The position numbers and the translations under genes were made by a program. DNA of 61,723 bases from Dendrobates tinctorius (Eukaryota). Shown piece after piece: positions 41,702-54,417 of the stretch (its first letter is position 1; each line of letters opens with the position of its first letter). Under the pieces are notes generated by a model. It was not told where the DNA came from. It ran no database searches and saw only the letters and a program-made list of their open reading frames with translations. The DNA lies in contig NW_027361825.1 in NCBI RefSeq assembly GCF_039654945.1, positions 2,916,278 to 2,978,000 on the forward strand. Reading direction: 5' to 3'.

Positions 41702-44444
41702 ATGTCTGATCTTTGCCGTCTCTGTTCCTCACAACTTCGTGGATCACGTCGTAAGTGGCTCTTCGGGGGCTCTGGATCTCTTCCAGCCTTATTTTCCCAT
41801 GTAGTAGGGACCCCAGTTCTACGCAATCCACCTGGATCATCCCCTAGACTGGGAAAAGGGAAAGGAAGGCCGGAAGATGCGGAGTTCATCTGCGGAAAGT
41901 GCTGCCACTCACTGAATGTCTACCACCGCTATGACCAGGTGTTGTCTCGTATGCGGGAGCTGTATGAGCAGAGGTCCATCCGCCTGGTGAAGGAGAAGGA
42001 GAAGCTTTCGTTTACCCTACGTACTATTCACGCTAGGGCCTGGGGGCTTCCAGTACCCGAGTACCTTGGGCATCAGCAAGACCGTAATGCCTATGGGTAT
42101 CGGGGTTCTTATAATGATCTCAGATCTCCGGGTTACTCTAAGTCTCGTAATAATTCCCTTTCTCCAGGATACCAAAATTCACGTCCAACATCTCCTTTTA
42201 CGGACCGCCCAGGGTCCTTGCATAGTTCTTTGGGTTCTTTGTCTTCAGGAACTCCTTCAAAGTCTTACCAAAATCTTCTGGACCATGACCGCTCAATGTG
42301 GGAGCATGAGAGCTGGTGGGACAACCATGACAAGGGCTGCTCTCATTGTGTCAGGGGCGAGAAGTGCCATTCTTGTTCCTCCTGGAGAGTTTCCGATGCC
42401 AATTACGAGTCTGTGTGTACAGTCCCTCGGAGGAAGAAGCACGGCCGAAGCGAAGATGACGTCTCTGTTCTTCTAAGGAGCAAATCTCTAGGAAGTGTTG
42501 GTGGAGAGAGTACCAGCAGTAAGGGTTCCCTCCTCTCCTTATCTGCCTCTTCTTTGGATTCTCTTTCTTACGCTGGTGAAGAAGGAGATGGAGTTGTGTT
42601 TTGGGAAGCAAAGTCTCCTTTAGCCTCGTCTCCGCCTTCATCATTTTCTTTCCCCAAACCAATGGTGGGAGAATTGTTGAAAAGCTTGAAGGAAATTAAG
42701 TATAGTCCCATTAAAACACCGACAAAGAGCAAGATACCCATCAGGGGTCAACCGAGAGTTACGGCGGGAAGTGTGGAGATACATATTGAAGATGACTATG
42801 AGGGGCCACGGGTCGAGGAACCTGTGCGAGACTTCGATGCTTACATGTGCATTGGGCCTGAGGTACGTGATAGTAGATTGGTATGTTGGAGTATAAGCAC
42901 ATATATGTGACTGTCTCGAGAGTTGATAGTGTTTCATGGGTCAGGTGGCTAATGGAGGGTGCAAAGAGATGAATAAGACTCAAACTTCCCTGGTCTGGCA
43001 TCCAGTTTGGTGCTCCATGGCAGCTAGACCAGGGCAGTGTTCAGTTCTGCACTGAAAATCCTCTGCCCAGTATCATCACGAGGCTTGGTCACCAGCCCAG
43101 CCTTGTGCATAAAAATGTGGACACTGTTGTCCTACTTTTTTCATGAGGTCCACCTTTGGTTTGATCGGTGAAAATTAAACCGGTAGAATAGTGACTCGTT
43201 ATCTAGAGAAACCAAATCATTTGACATGAAGATGCTTCAATCTCTACTCATTGGTGCAAGTAAATTCAACGCATTTTGGGACCAAGGTAATCCTGAAAGC
43301 TATTGCTGTTACCTTCACCTACTGATGAAAATTGAAGCATCTTGATTGCCTCCTCTTCTCTGGATAAGTGGCATCACTTTTCTACCATATTCTTTGTGGT
43401 TTTAGAAGTGTTGAACATGCATTTCGCCCCTCATGCCACCAGGGCAGTGATGTTGCTTCCTGATGTTCTGGGAGCAAGGAATGGCACTAACAAGCCAATA
43501 AACGAGGGCACGGAAATTAACTCTTGCCCTGGGTGAAGGAAAATCTGGTGGCGATGTGGCTGGTCTGTCTAGTCAGTCCATGGGTGGGCAGCAATATTAT
43601 CTGCCCAACTATGGCTGGCCTTTACAACAAAGTACAGATGTCTCGGGCGTGTCCCGGTCAAAGACAAACATTAAGCCAGACAACCTGTATAGTCTAAACA
43701 ATGGCAGGACTAACTCCACCCAGTGTGCCACAATATAAACTGTGGAATTACAGGGGAGGAATCCGCACGTGTGCCCGCGTGTGATTGGCATATGACACCT
43801 CTTCATAATTGCCCCATTAATGGAGGCAACATATCTGGGAGATGAGTCCATATTGGTGACGGTCAACGCTCCGGAGCCAGTGACTGAGGTGCGAGGCATT
43901 TATGAGGGATTCCACCTGCATCTTGTATATACCCTGATCCAATAGGAATGTCCCTTGTATAATATACGGCGGGGAATGAGGCGTCCTAGTAAATTTGAGT
44001 CATTCCAGTAAACGTGCAGAGAACTGTAATATACAGAGGCTTCTTTTTGGGTGGCTCGCCCTCCTTGGCAATGACCGTTTTACTGCCCGGCCATTAATAT
44101 TGTCACGTTGGCTAGTGGTGAGGGATGGTGTACTGTTAGGCGTAAGGACTGCGAGGAACTCCACCTGCGTAGTGGAAGATGTGCTGCCGACAATGACTTT
44201 TAGGCAGCACAGAAGATGCAAGATGCTCATGAATGAGTGATTGAGCATCTGCTGATCCCTACCATGGATAAATGGACCAATGACCTGTAAGGCCTCTTTC
44301 ACACTTCCGTTTTTTCTTGTCAGTTAAAATCTGCCAAAATGGCGGAAAGCGGATCCGTTTGTAACTGATGCAAACGGATGCCACTGGACCGTTTTTTTGA
44401 CGGATCCGTTGAATGCAGAATTTTAAAGGAACCGCAATCTGGGA

Positions 44445-44490
<46 letters not shown>

Positions 44491-47400
44491 ATGAATATTT
44501 GTTTCCACCGCCAGAAAGGATTTCAGGGTTAAATCCCCGGCTGACTTCCTTTCTCCGGCCATGCGGATCCTACAGCCAAAAAAAGCATTGCAGGGTCCGT
44601 CCAGGCATGCCGGCGGACGCAAACATTTTGGCGGATCCGCAAAAAAACGGATCCAACGGATGGCCATCCGTCAAGATCCGCCGGTAATGCAACTCAATGG
44701 GGGAAAAAAACGGATCCGCTAAAAAAATGGAGGATCCGTTTTTTTCAAAAACTGGCGCATTTTGACTGATGGTCAAAAACGGAAGCGTGAAAGAGGCCTA
44801 ACTGGCGTTTGGCCTGTGTGAAAGGGCTGTTAGGCTCCTGCCATGAAACATTCCCCCCCCGGTGGTCAGACATTCATCAGTCGTCCTTTAGGCTCTTCTC
44901 TGATATTAATGATCATACATGTTATACTTATCTCCGTATTCCTGTCCCATCTGAATTCCAGGTCTGCAAGACTCAAACATCTCGTTCGCTCCACATCCGG
45001 GAGACCATAAGCTGGCTACAGACACAGCTGAAGGCCGCGCAGAGTGGCAGCACTGAGTCACGGCAGCAGGTAAATACCCAATGTGTGATCGGTGGCTGTC
45101 ATCACTGTGCTGCTATGTGCCCGCAGTCATAATGACCCCAAATCCACAATGTGATGTCATCCTGTGGTGTATCAGTCATTGTACATGAGGGGGAAGAGGT
45201 GAGCTGTGATATCACTTATTGTGTATGGTGATCCTGTGTTACCTACTGTATATAGAGGTGTTATCAGTCATTGTACAGGAGGGGGAGGAGGTGAGCTGTG
45301 ATATCACCTATTGTGTATGGTGATCCTGTGTTACCTACTGCATATAGAGGTGTTATCAGTCATTGTGCAGGAGGTGAGCTGTGAAATCACCTATTGTGAA
45401 TGGTGCAGCCTGTGTTATCTACTGTATATAGAGACGTTATCAGTCATTGTACAGGAGGAGGAGGGGAGCTGTGACATCACCTATTGTGAATGGTGGATCA
45501 TGTATTATTACTGTATATAGAGATGTTATCAGTCATTGTACAGGAGGAGGAGGGGAGCTGTGACATCACCTATTGTGAATGGTGGATCCCGTGTTAAAAT
45601 TCAGTGTAATCTCACTTTTGATGATAATGAGGTGACTGATCTCTACAAAACAGAGTGTCAGAGAAAATTACAACATTTTATATTTTTTTAATAATTGTCA
45701 TTGCTTGGAAAAACTCTATAGCTTCTGTTTAGCACTGCCTATTGCTAGTGGCAGGATGAGTTACCCGAGAATCAATCAGTGAGCTCATTCTGAAGAGAGA
45801 GTTTGACTCTAATCTTCCCTCTTCTACTACTAGAAAGAGGAGCTGCACCTTTTGTTATGATTCACCCGAGATGAGCTCAGAAGAGGGAAGATTAGAGCCA
45901 TAAACTCCCATCAGAATAAGCTCGATGATAGATTTTCAGTTGACTCATTCTGCAGCTTGACAACAGACTGTGTAAAATAAAAATTATGTGATTTACAATA
46001 TAAATACCTAGAAAGTGAAGTTAGAAAAACATTTTTTTTTCTTTAAAGTGGTGGTCGCATCAGAATCTGAGATAACCCAAGTCCTATTTCCATCTTAAAT
46101 ATTTATAGAGGAAGCCACTCTCGGCATGTGGTCGTTTATACAGACTCTCCATTATATATATTCTATTTATATAATTGCCTTGTAATGTTTTCATTTCCTG
46201 TTCTGTCCAGATGTCACCGTATCCCAGAATTCCAAGAGGTGGAAGTTCACCGACTTCCATATTGGGACACCCAAGTGATGGGTGTCTCAATATGGAAACT
46301 GCTGGTGGTACCAACCTATTGCACGGTACCACCAGCGGAACACCGTCGTACCACACACTCGCTCACTCTCACACACATTCGCTCTTGCGCGGTACCACCA
46401 GCGGAACACCGTCGCACTGCACTTGCGCGAATTCCACGCAGACGCAGCTAGTCATTCGGCTGATCCTGGCGGCAGATGCGCGACGTGTCTACAAGCAGAG
46501 GAAGCCGGTCACGTTAAAGGGGTTTTCCAACGAACAAAAGTTCATTTTAAAAATTGTCTGTGTCTGACCGTGTACGGAGCATACCACATCTTGTGGACAG
46601 GGGAGGAAGGAAGCAAAAGACAATACTGACATTACAGCAGGGGATCACAGAGGATTCATTTTGTAAGGTAAACTTTTTCACTGACTGTTTTTAAACAATA
46701 TTTTACCTCACAAAATGTATCCTCTGCGATCTGCTGTAATGTCAGTATTGTCTTTTGCTTCCTCCCCTGCCCAGGAGCTGTGGTATGTTCTGTACACAGT
46801 CACACAGGGGTGAGAGAAACAGAACACAGGGGAGTAGACAGCTCAAATGGGACAGCACATGAGGGGAGAACACAGCACAGGAAGGAGACAGCAGACAAGA
46901 GGGATAGCACATGGGGTAGAGAGGTCAAAGAAGAGAGTACAGACGGGAGAAGTCAGCACATGGGGAAAGAGAGTGGATAGGTGGGTGAGCACATGTGGGG
47001 GGGAGAGATTCTCAATGCTGCAAAGCCTGCCCCCATGGTGACATTACCGCCCTCCCGATGCGACAGCATCGGGCCTCCATCTAGTAATATATATCAGTCT
47101 TGTCTTTAGGAGACCTCCCCTTTAAGGCTGCAGTGTTACATCTCCCTGCACTTGTTGGAGCTTTGGTTTTACTCTCGACACTCCTTCCCTTCCAGGACCA
47201 AATGATCGAACAGCAGGAACTAATCCGAGATTTGATCAAGAGACTGACGTTGAAGGAGGACTTCCTGGAGGTGGGCGCCCGCGCAGGTCTGACCTACGGT
47301 GGTCTATGGAATCATGTTATGGTCCACTGAGACTTATCCTCTAATCCTCAGGACTCGCTGAGTTTACTGCTGGCACTCCCTGTAGCCTGTGACCCATCGG

Positions 47401-50400
47401 GGCAACTTATTACAGACTTTGTTGAAAAGTTAAGGGCACGAGAAGATCAGATACAGGTGACTAACAATGACCCCAAATTAGAGACCATGACAGGGGGACA
47501 TGAGCAACACCAGAAGGCGGAGGAGGAAAAGGAAGCAGACACCGACTGATCAGTGTTACTGAAATTATTATGGTTTGATGTCTGTTTTGTCACTAATAAA
47601 CTATACGATACATCCTGCTGCGTCCTGAATGAGGATCAGGCTAAACAGTGACGTCAATCTGCAAATGATAGAGGAGAAATAACTTTACATCACTCATCCT
47701 GTATTATACCCCAGAGCTGCACTCACTATTCTGCTGGTGCAGTCACTGTGTACATACATTACTGATCCTGAGTTATATCCTGTATTATACTCCAGAGCTG
47801 CACTCACTATTCTGCTGGTGCAGTCACTGTGTATATACATTACATTACTGATCCTGAGTTACATCCTGTATTATACTCCAGAGCTGCACTCACTATTCTG
47901 CTGGTGCAGTCACTGTGTACATACAGTACATTACTGATCCTGAGTTACATCCTGTATTATACTCCAGAGCTGCACTCACTATTCTGCTGGTGCAGTCACT
48001 GTGTACATACATTACTGATCCTGAGTTATATCCTGTATTATACTCCAGAGCTGCACTCACTATTCTGCTGGTGCAGTCACTGTGTACATACATTACATTA
48101 CTGATCCTGAGTTACATCCTGTATTATACTCCAGAGCTGCACTCACTATTCTGCTGGTGCAGTCACTGTGTACATACATTACTGATCCTGAATTACATCC
48201 TGTATTATACCCCAGAGCTGCACTCACTATTCTGCTGGTGCAGTCACTGTGTACATACATTACATTACTGATCCTGAGTTACATCCTGTATTATACCACA
48301 GAGGTGCAGTCACTGTGTACATACATTACTAGTAGGAAAAAAAGGCCACTAAATTAACAATCCATCCAGCTCTATAGATGAAATTCCGTCCCAGTGATTC
48401 TAGTACTGATGAATAGATCCATAAGATCTGGTTTCTTAGGGCCTTGACTCGTTTTGACACTGTGGCCTGTCTGAGCAGAGAGAAGGGGATGAGCTGGCCT
48501 TACTCAAAAGCCAAAGAGAAACGGAAATGAAACGTCTGCAGGAAGAACTGACAGCGAGAGAGGAAGACACCGCACATCTGTCAAAGGTTCTTCGCGACAA
48601 TCAGGACATCATAACTGTGAGTGGCTCCCAGGGGGCGGGTCTATAACTGGCATTGCCTTTCAGCACTGGAATCTTGCCAATCAATATATCGAGTTTCTAT
48701 ATTCCTACTATATTCATTTAGAATTCTTCTTGTTTCGTCCTCTGCTCCAAAAACTTGCTAGCTGACGCCCAATATATCCACTACCACCTCTGCCGTTCCC
48801 TCAGGGGTTGTTGTCACCCAGCTTTTCTAATGCTATCTTCTATTTAATCATGGAGGCTCTGCGTGACATCCTGGTAGAGAAGGACTTCACCATCCAGAGG
48901 TTAGAGGTGGCCCTGGACTCTGCAAATCGCTCTGCAGCCTCCCAGGATGCTCTGCGCCTCTCTGCTCTGCGGGAGAAAGATGCCCTAATCGCAGCAATAC
49001 AAGGAGCTCTGAGCAGTAGCAATCAAGATGTCGAGGTGAGTGTGAGGGGCGTCCGAACCTCAAACCTCTGTGTAAAATATTATCTCTGACTTTCTCCAAT
49101 AGCGAACCTCACATCATGGATATCTCCATCTTTGTTTCAGGCACTCGCAGACTCTCTCTTATCCCAGGGACTAGATGACTTTAGCACCTCAGTTCCTGGA
49201 TTGTCTGCCCCTAATCCTCTAGTCTCCCAAATCCAGGAGAAAGGCCGTCTGCTATGCCAGGCCCACGCAGAAAATCAACGCCAGAGTGTTCATCACCAGC
49301 GAGACATCCAGGATCTACTGAATGCTCTTAATGAGAGTCAGACACTGCTCCAGGTGAGTCACGAGTGCTGTCTGTAATATAACTATAATACTACTCCCTA
49401 TGTACAAGAATATAACTACTATAATACAGCCCCTATGTACAAGAATATAACTACTATAATACTGCCTCTATGTACAAGACTATAACTACTATAATACTGC
49501 CCCTATGAACAAGAATATAACTACTATAATACTGCTCCTATGTACAAGAATATAACTACTGTAATACTGCCCCTATGTACAAGAATATAACTACTATAAT
49601 ACTGCCCCTATGTACAAGAATATTACTGTAATACTGCTCCCTATATACAAGAATATAACTACTACAATACTGCTCCCTATATACAAGAATATAACTACTA
49701 TAATACTGCCCCTATGTACAATGTAACTACTATAATACTGCCCCTATGTACAAGAATATAACTACTATGATACTACCTCCTATGTACAAGACTATAACTA
49801 CTATAATACTGCCCCTATGAACAAGAATATAACTACTATAATACTGACCCTATGTACAAGAATATTACTGTAATACTGCTCCTTATATACAAGAATATAA
49901 CTACTACAATACTGCTCCCTATATACAAGAATATAACTACTACAATACTGCTCCCTATATACAAGAATATAATTACTGTAATACTGCCCCTATGTACAAG
50001 AATATTACTGTAATACTGCTCCTTATATACAAGAATATAACTACTACAATACTGCTCCCTATATACAAGAATATAACTACTACAATACTGCTCCCTATAT
50101 ACAAGAATATAACTACTATAATACTGCCCCTATGTACAAGAATATAACTATTATAATACTGCTCCTATGTACAAGAATATAACTACTATAATACTGCCCC
50201 TATGTACAAGAATATAACTACTGTAATACTGCCCCTATGTACAAGAATATAACTACTATAATACTGCCCCTATGTACAAGAATATTACTGTAATACTGCT
50301 CCCTATATACAAGAATATAACTACTACAATACTGCTCCCTATATACAAGAATATAACTACTATAATACTGCCCCTATGTACAATGTAACTACTATAATAC

Positions 50401-53400
50401 TGCCCCTATGTACAAGAATATAACTACTATGATACTACCTCCTATGTACAAGAATATAACTACTATAATACAGCCCCTATGTACAAGACTATAACTACTA
50501 TAATACTGCCCCTATGAACAAGAATATAACTACTATAATACTGCCCCTATGTACAAGAATATTACTGTAATACTGCTCCTTATATACAAGAATATAACTA
50601 CTACAATACTGCTCCCTATATACAAGAATATAACTACTACAATACTGCTCCCTATATACAAGAATATAATTACTGTAATACTGCCCCTATGTACAAGAAT
50701 ATAGCTACCACAATACTGCTCCCTATATACAAGAATATACCTACTATAATACTGCTCCTATGTACAAGAATATAACTACTATAATACTGCCCCTATATAC
50801 AAGAATATAACTACTATAATACTGCTCCCTATATACAAGAATATAACTACTATAATACTGCTCCTATGTACAAGACTATAACTACTATAATACTGCCCCT
50901 ATATACAAGAATATAACTACTATAATACTGCCCCCTATGTACAAGAATATAACTACTATAATACTGCTCCTATGTACAAGAATATAACTACTATAATACT
51001 GCTCTGTATATACAAGAATATAACTACTATAATACTGCCCCTATGTACAAGAATATTACTGTAATACTGCTCCTATATACAAGAATATAACTACTACAAT
51101 ACTGCTCCCTATATACAAAAATATAACTACTATAATACTGCCCCTATGTACAAGAATATAACTACTATAATACTGCCCCTATGTACAAGAATGTAACTAC
51201 TATAATACTGCCCCTATGTACAAGAATATAACTACTATAATACTGCCCCTATGTACAAGAATATAACTACTATAATACTGCTCCTATGTACAAGAATATA
51301 ACTACTATAATACTGCTCTGTATATACAAGAATATAACTACTATAATACTGCCCCTATGTACAAGAATATTACTGTAATACTGCTCCCTATATACAAGAA
51401 TATAACTACTACAATACTGCTCCCTATATACAAAAATATAACTACTATAATACTGCCCCTATGTACAAGAATATAACTACTATAATACTGCCCCTATGTA
51501 CAAGAATGTAACTACTATAATACTGCCCCTATGTACAAGAATATAACTACTATAATACTGCCCCTATGTACAAGAATATAACTACTATAATACTGCTCCT
51601 ATGTACAAGAATATAACTACTATAATACTGCTCTGTATATACAAGAATATAACTACTATAATACTGCCCCTATGTACAAGAATATTACTGTAATACTGCT
51701 CCCTATATACAAGAATATAACTACTACAATACTGCTCCCTATATACAAAAATATAACTACTATAATACTGCCCCTATGTACAAGAATATAACTACTATAA
51801 TACTGCCCCTATGTACAAGAATGTAACTACTATAATACTGCCCCTATGTACAAGAATATAACTACTATAATACTGCCCCTATGTACAAGAATATAACTAC
51901 TATAATACTGCTCCTATGTACAAGAATATAACTACTATAATACTGCCCCTATATACAAGAATATAACTACTATAATACTGCTCCCTATATACAAGAATAT
52001 AACTACTATAATACTGCTCCTATGTACAAGACTATAACTACTATAATACTGCCCCTATATACAAGAATATAACTACTATAATACTGCCCCCTATGTACAA
52101 GAATATAACTACTATAATACTGCTCCTATGTACAAGAATATAACTACTATAATACTGCTCTGTATATACAAGAATATAACTACTATAATACTGCCCCTAT
52201 GTACAAGAATATTACTGTAATACTGCTCCCTATATACAAGAATATAACTACTACAATACTGCTCCCTATATACAAAAATATAACTACTATAATACTGCCC
52301 CTATGTACAAGAATATAACTACTATAATACTGCCCCTATGTACAAGAATGTAACTACTATAATACTGCCCCTATGTACAAGAATATAACTACTATAATAC
52401 TGCCCCTATGTACAAGAATATAACTACTATAATACTGCTCCTATGTACAAGAATATAACTACTATAATACTGCCCCCTTTGTACATATAATTCTGGGTTT
52501 ACTCTGGTCAGTAGCTCCTGTATGTGTGTTGCGCAGTGTCCGGGTCGTTCCCTGCACAGTATTAGGACCTCTGCGCTGTGGTGAGTTCCCCAGGACTTTC
52601 CTCTCGGTGTCGGTGCAGCTGGGAATCTGTGATCGCATCTCACATGTGAATGATTTCTAATAGCATTAGTGCCGGGCCAGTGACGCTTATAGACTTTGAC
52701 ACTCAGCCCTGAGTCAGTCAGTAACAAGGAGGCCTCTGAGTCCAGAATACAATGTGGCATCTGCAATATGGGAGGGAGATTTAGTTTCGGATTGGTTTTA
52801 TACAGTGAATCGCTTTTTTGGAAGTCCCATGTAAATGCTTGGTTAGAAGGATCTGGTAATTCATTATGTGTAGTGTAGCAGAACTGGGAGACCTAATCAA
52901 TGTTGTTTCAGTCAGTCTCAATGACGTGCTGTTTTTTCCTCCACCATGCTTTACACTGCATCTCTGTGTTTACATGGCTGTTGTGTAAAAGTTGAGCAGG
53001 ACGTCCGTAGATGGTAACATGAGTCTCAGGTTGGCAGCTATAGAGGGCTTTGTGGTATTTCCTTTCTTTACGTTGTACCTGTATGTGATCCATCTCCATA
53101 ACATTGTCCTTCACCTTCAGGAACAGCTGCAACATTGTAAGAAACGTCTGCAGGACGGGGCTCTGGAGCAGAAGATGCTGCGAGAGTCGCTGCGGGTGAA
53201 GGAGGGCGAACTGCAAGCAGAGAGACGGAGGCACAATGCTGATCGGCACCAAGTACAGGCCAAACTACTGGAACTACAAGACTCGGGGAGGGAGAAGGAC
53301 CGGACAACTAAGGTGAGGACCACACCACCCTAGATCCTGGTCCACGGTCACCTCAATGGGTGAGGACAGAACAGACTGTAACACCCCATGAACATTTTAG

Positions 53401-54417
53401 ATAGATCTGAGGTCACCACTAGGGGGAGCTCACTGCATATAGATTTATACAGCCACCACTAGGGGAGCTCACTACCTATAGATTTATACAGCCACCAATA
53501 GGGGGACCTCACTACATATAGATTTATACAGCCGCCACTAGAGGGAGCTCACTACATATAGATTTATACAGCCACCACTAGGGGGAGCTCACTACATACA
53601 GATTTATACAGCCACCACTAGAGGGAGCTCACTACATATAGATTTATACAGCCACCACTAGGGGGAGCTCACTACATATAGATTTATACAGCCACCACTA
53701 GAGGGAGCTCACTACATATAGATTTATACAGCCACCACTAGAGGGAGCTCACTACATATAGATTTATACAGCCACCACTAGGGGGAGCTCACTACATATA
53801 GATTTATACAGCCACCACTAGGGGGAGCTCACTACATATAGATTTATACACCCACCACTAAGGGAAGCTCACTACATACAGATTTATACAGCCACCACTA
53901 GAGGGAGCGGTCTGTATTCAGATTTATACAGCCACCACTAGAGGGAGCTCACTACATATAGATTTATACAGCCACCACTAGAGGGAGCTCACTATATACA
54001 GATTTATACAGCCACCACTAGAGGGAGCTCACTACATATAGATTTATACAGCCACCACTAGGGGGAGCTCACTACATATAGATTTATACAGCCACCACTA
54101 GGGGGAGCTCACTACTTACAAATATCCTAAGAATAGTTCATTATTTCAGATTTGTGAGGGTCTGACAACCAGCACCCCAATTAAGCATCCGTCACCAAGT
54201 CCCGCGTTCTCCGGAAGTAAATGGTGTATAGAACAGCACAGCGCTGTATTCTATCTAGTGGCTGTTCTCATGTACTGCAGCTCAGATCTCTCTCACAATT
54301 TACTCTAACTTTCTTGTCTTCTAGAAATTGCTGAAGGATGCGGAGAGCAGAGATCAGATCATCAAGAAGCTTCAGGAAAGACTGAGCCTGGGAGGGGGGA
54401 TGATGGGCACGCTGTGA
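41702..54417 (+). CDS. Myomegalin (PDE4DIP SMYLE/MMG8 isoform)-like coiled-coil protein, ~754 aa
   Basis: Nine exons, all introns phase 0: 41702-42862, 44962-45069, 47196-47270, 47352-47456, 48479-48616, 48856-49035 (or from 48805), 49141-49353, 53121-53312, 54325-54417 (TGA). The N-terminus CRLC...RKWLF...LFSHVVG...AEFICGKC...YHRYDQV and RVSDANYESVCTVPR resemble the recalled SMYLE N-terminus. SKIP motif at 42728-42739; later exons are coiled-coil-like. Confidence 0.82.
44291..44798. mobile_element. Harbinger-type non-autonomous element with internal (GA)n
   Basis: TAA|GGCCTCTTTCACAC...GCGTGAAAGAGGCC|TAA. Confidence 0.75.
45170..45595. repeat. ~90-bp minisatellite
   Basis: ATCAGTCATTGTACAGGAGGAGGAGG...GAGCTGTGACATCACCTATTGTG, about 5 copies. 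Confidence 0.75.
45745..45955. mobile_element. Degenerate palindromic MITE body
   Basis: CTCTAATCTTCCCTCTTCT / AGAAGAGGGAAGATTAGAG arms. Confidence 0.5.
46518..46805. mobile_element. T2-type palindromic MITE
   Basis: TTAA|AGGGGTTTTCC; GAAGCAAAAGACAATACTGACATTACAGCAG and its reverse complement. Confidence 0.6.
47695..48330. repeat. ~82-87-bp minisatellite
   Basis: ATCCTGTATTATACTCCAGAGCTGCACTCACTATTCTGCTGGTGCAGTCACTGTGTACATACATTACTG, about 7 copies. Confidence 0.85.
49376..52477. repeat. ~35-bp satellite, 3.1 kb, intronic
   Basis: TATGTACAAGAATATAACTACTATAATACTGCCCC tandem array. Confidence 0.93.
53415..54120. repeat. 40-bp minisatellite with CTCF-like core
   Basis: GATTTATACAGCCACCACTAG(A/G)GGGAGCTCACTACATATA, about 17-18 copies. 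Confidence 0.9.

Noticed and set aside
43000-44280. Possible highly decayed L1-type remnant
   Set aside because: Only vague peptide resemblance; not supportable without a search.
46211-46510. Acceptor followed by an open frame (MSPYPRIPRGG...) in intron 2 of the myomegalin-like gene
   Set aside because: No convincing donor, no coiled-coil character, and it runs into a MITE; an alternative exon cannot be fully excluded.
49376-54120. Regular 35-40-bp repeats resembling CRISPR arrays
   Set aside because: Head-to-tail units without unique spacers, inside eukaryotic introns, no cas genes.
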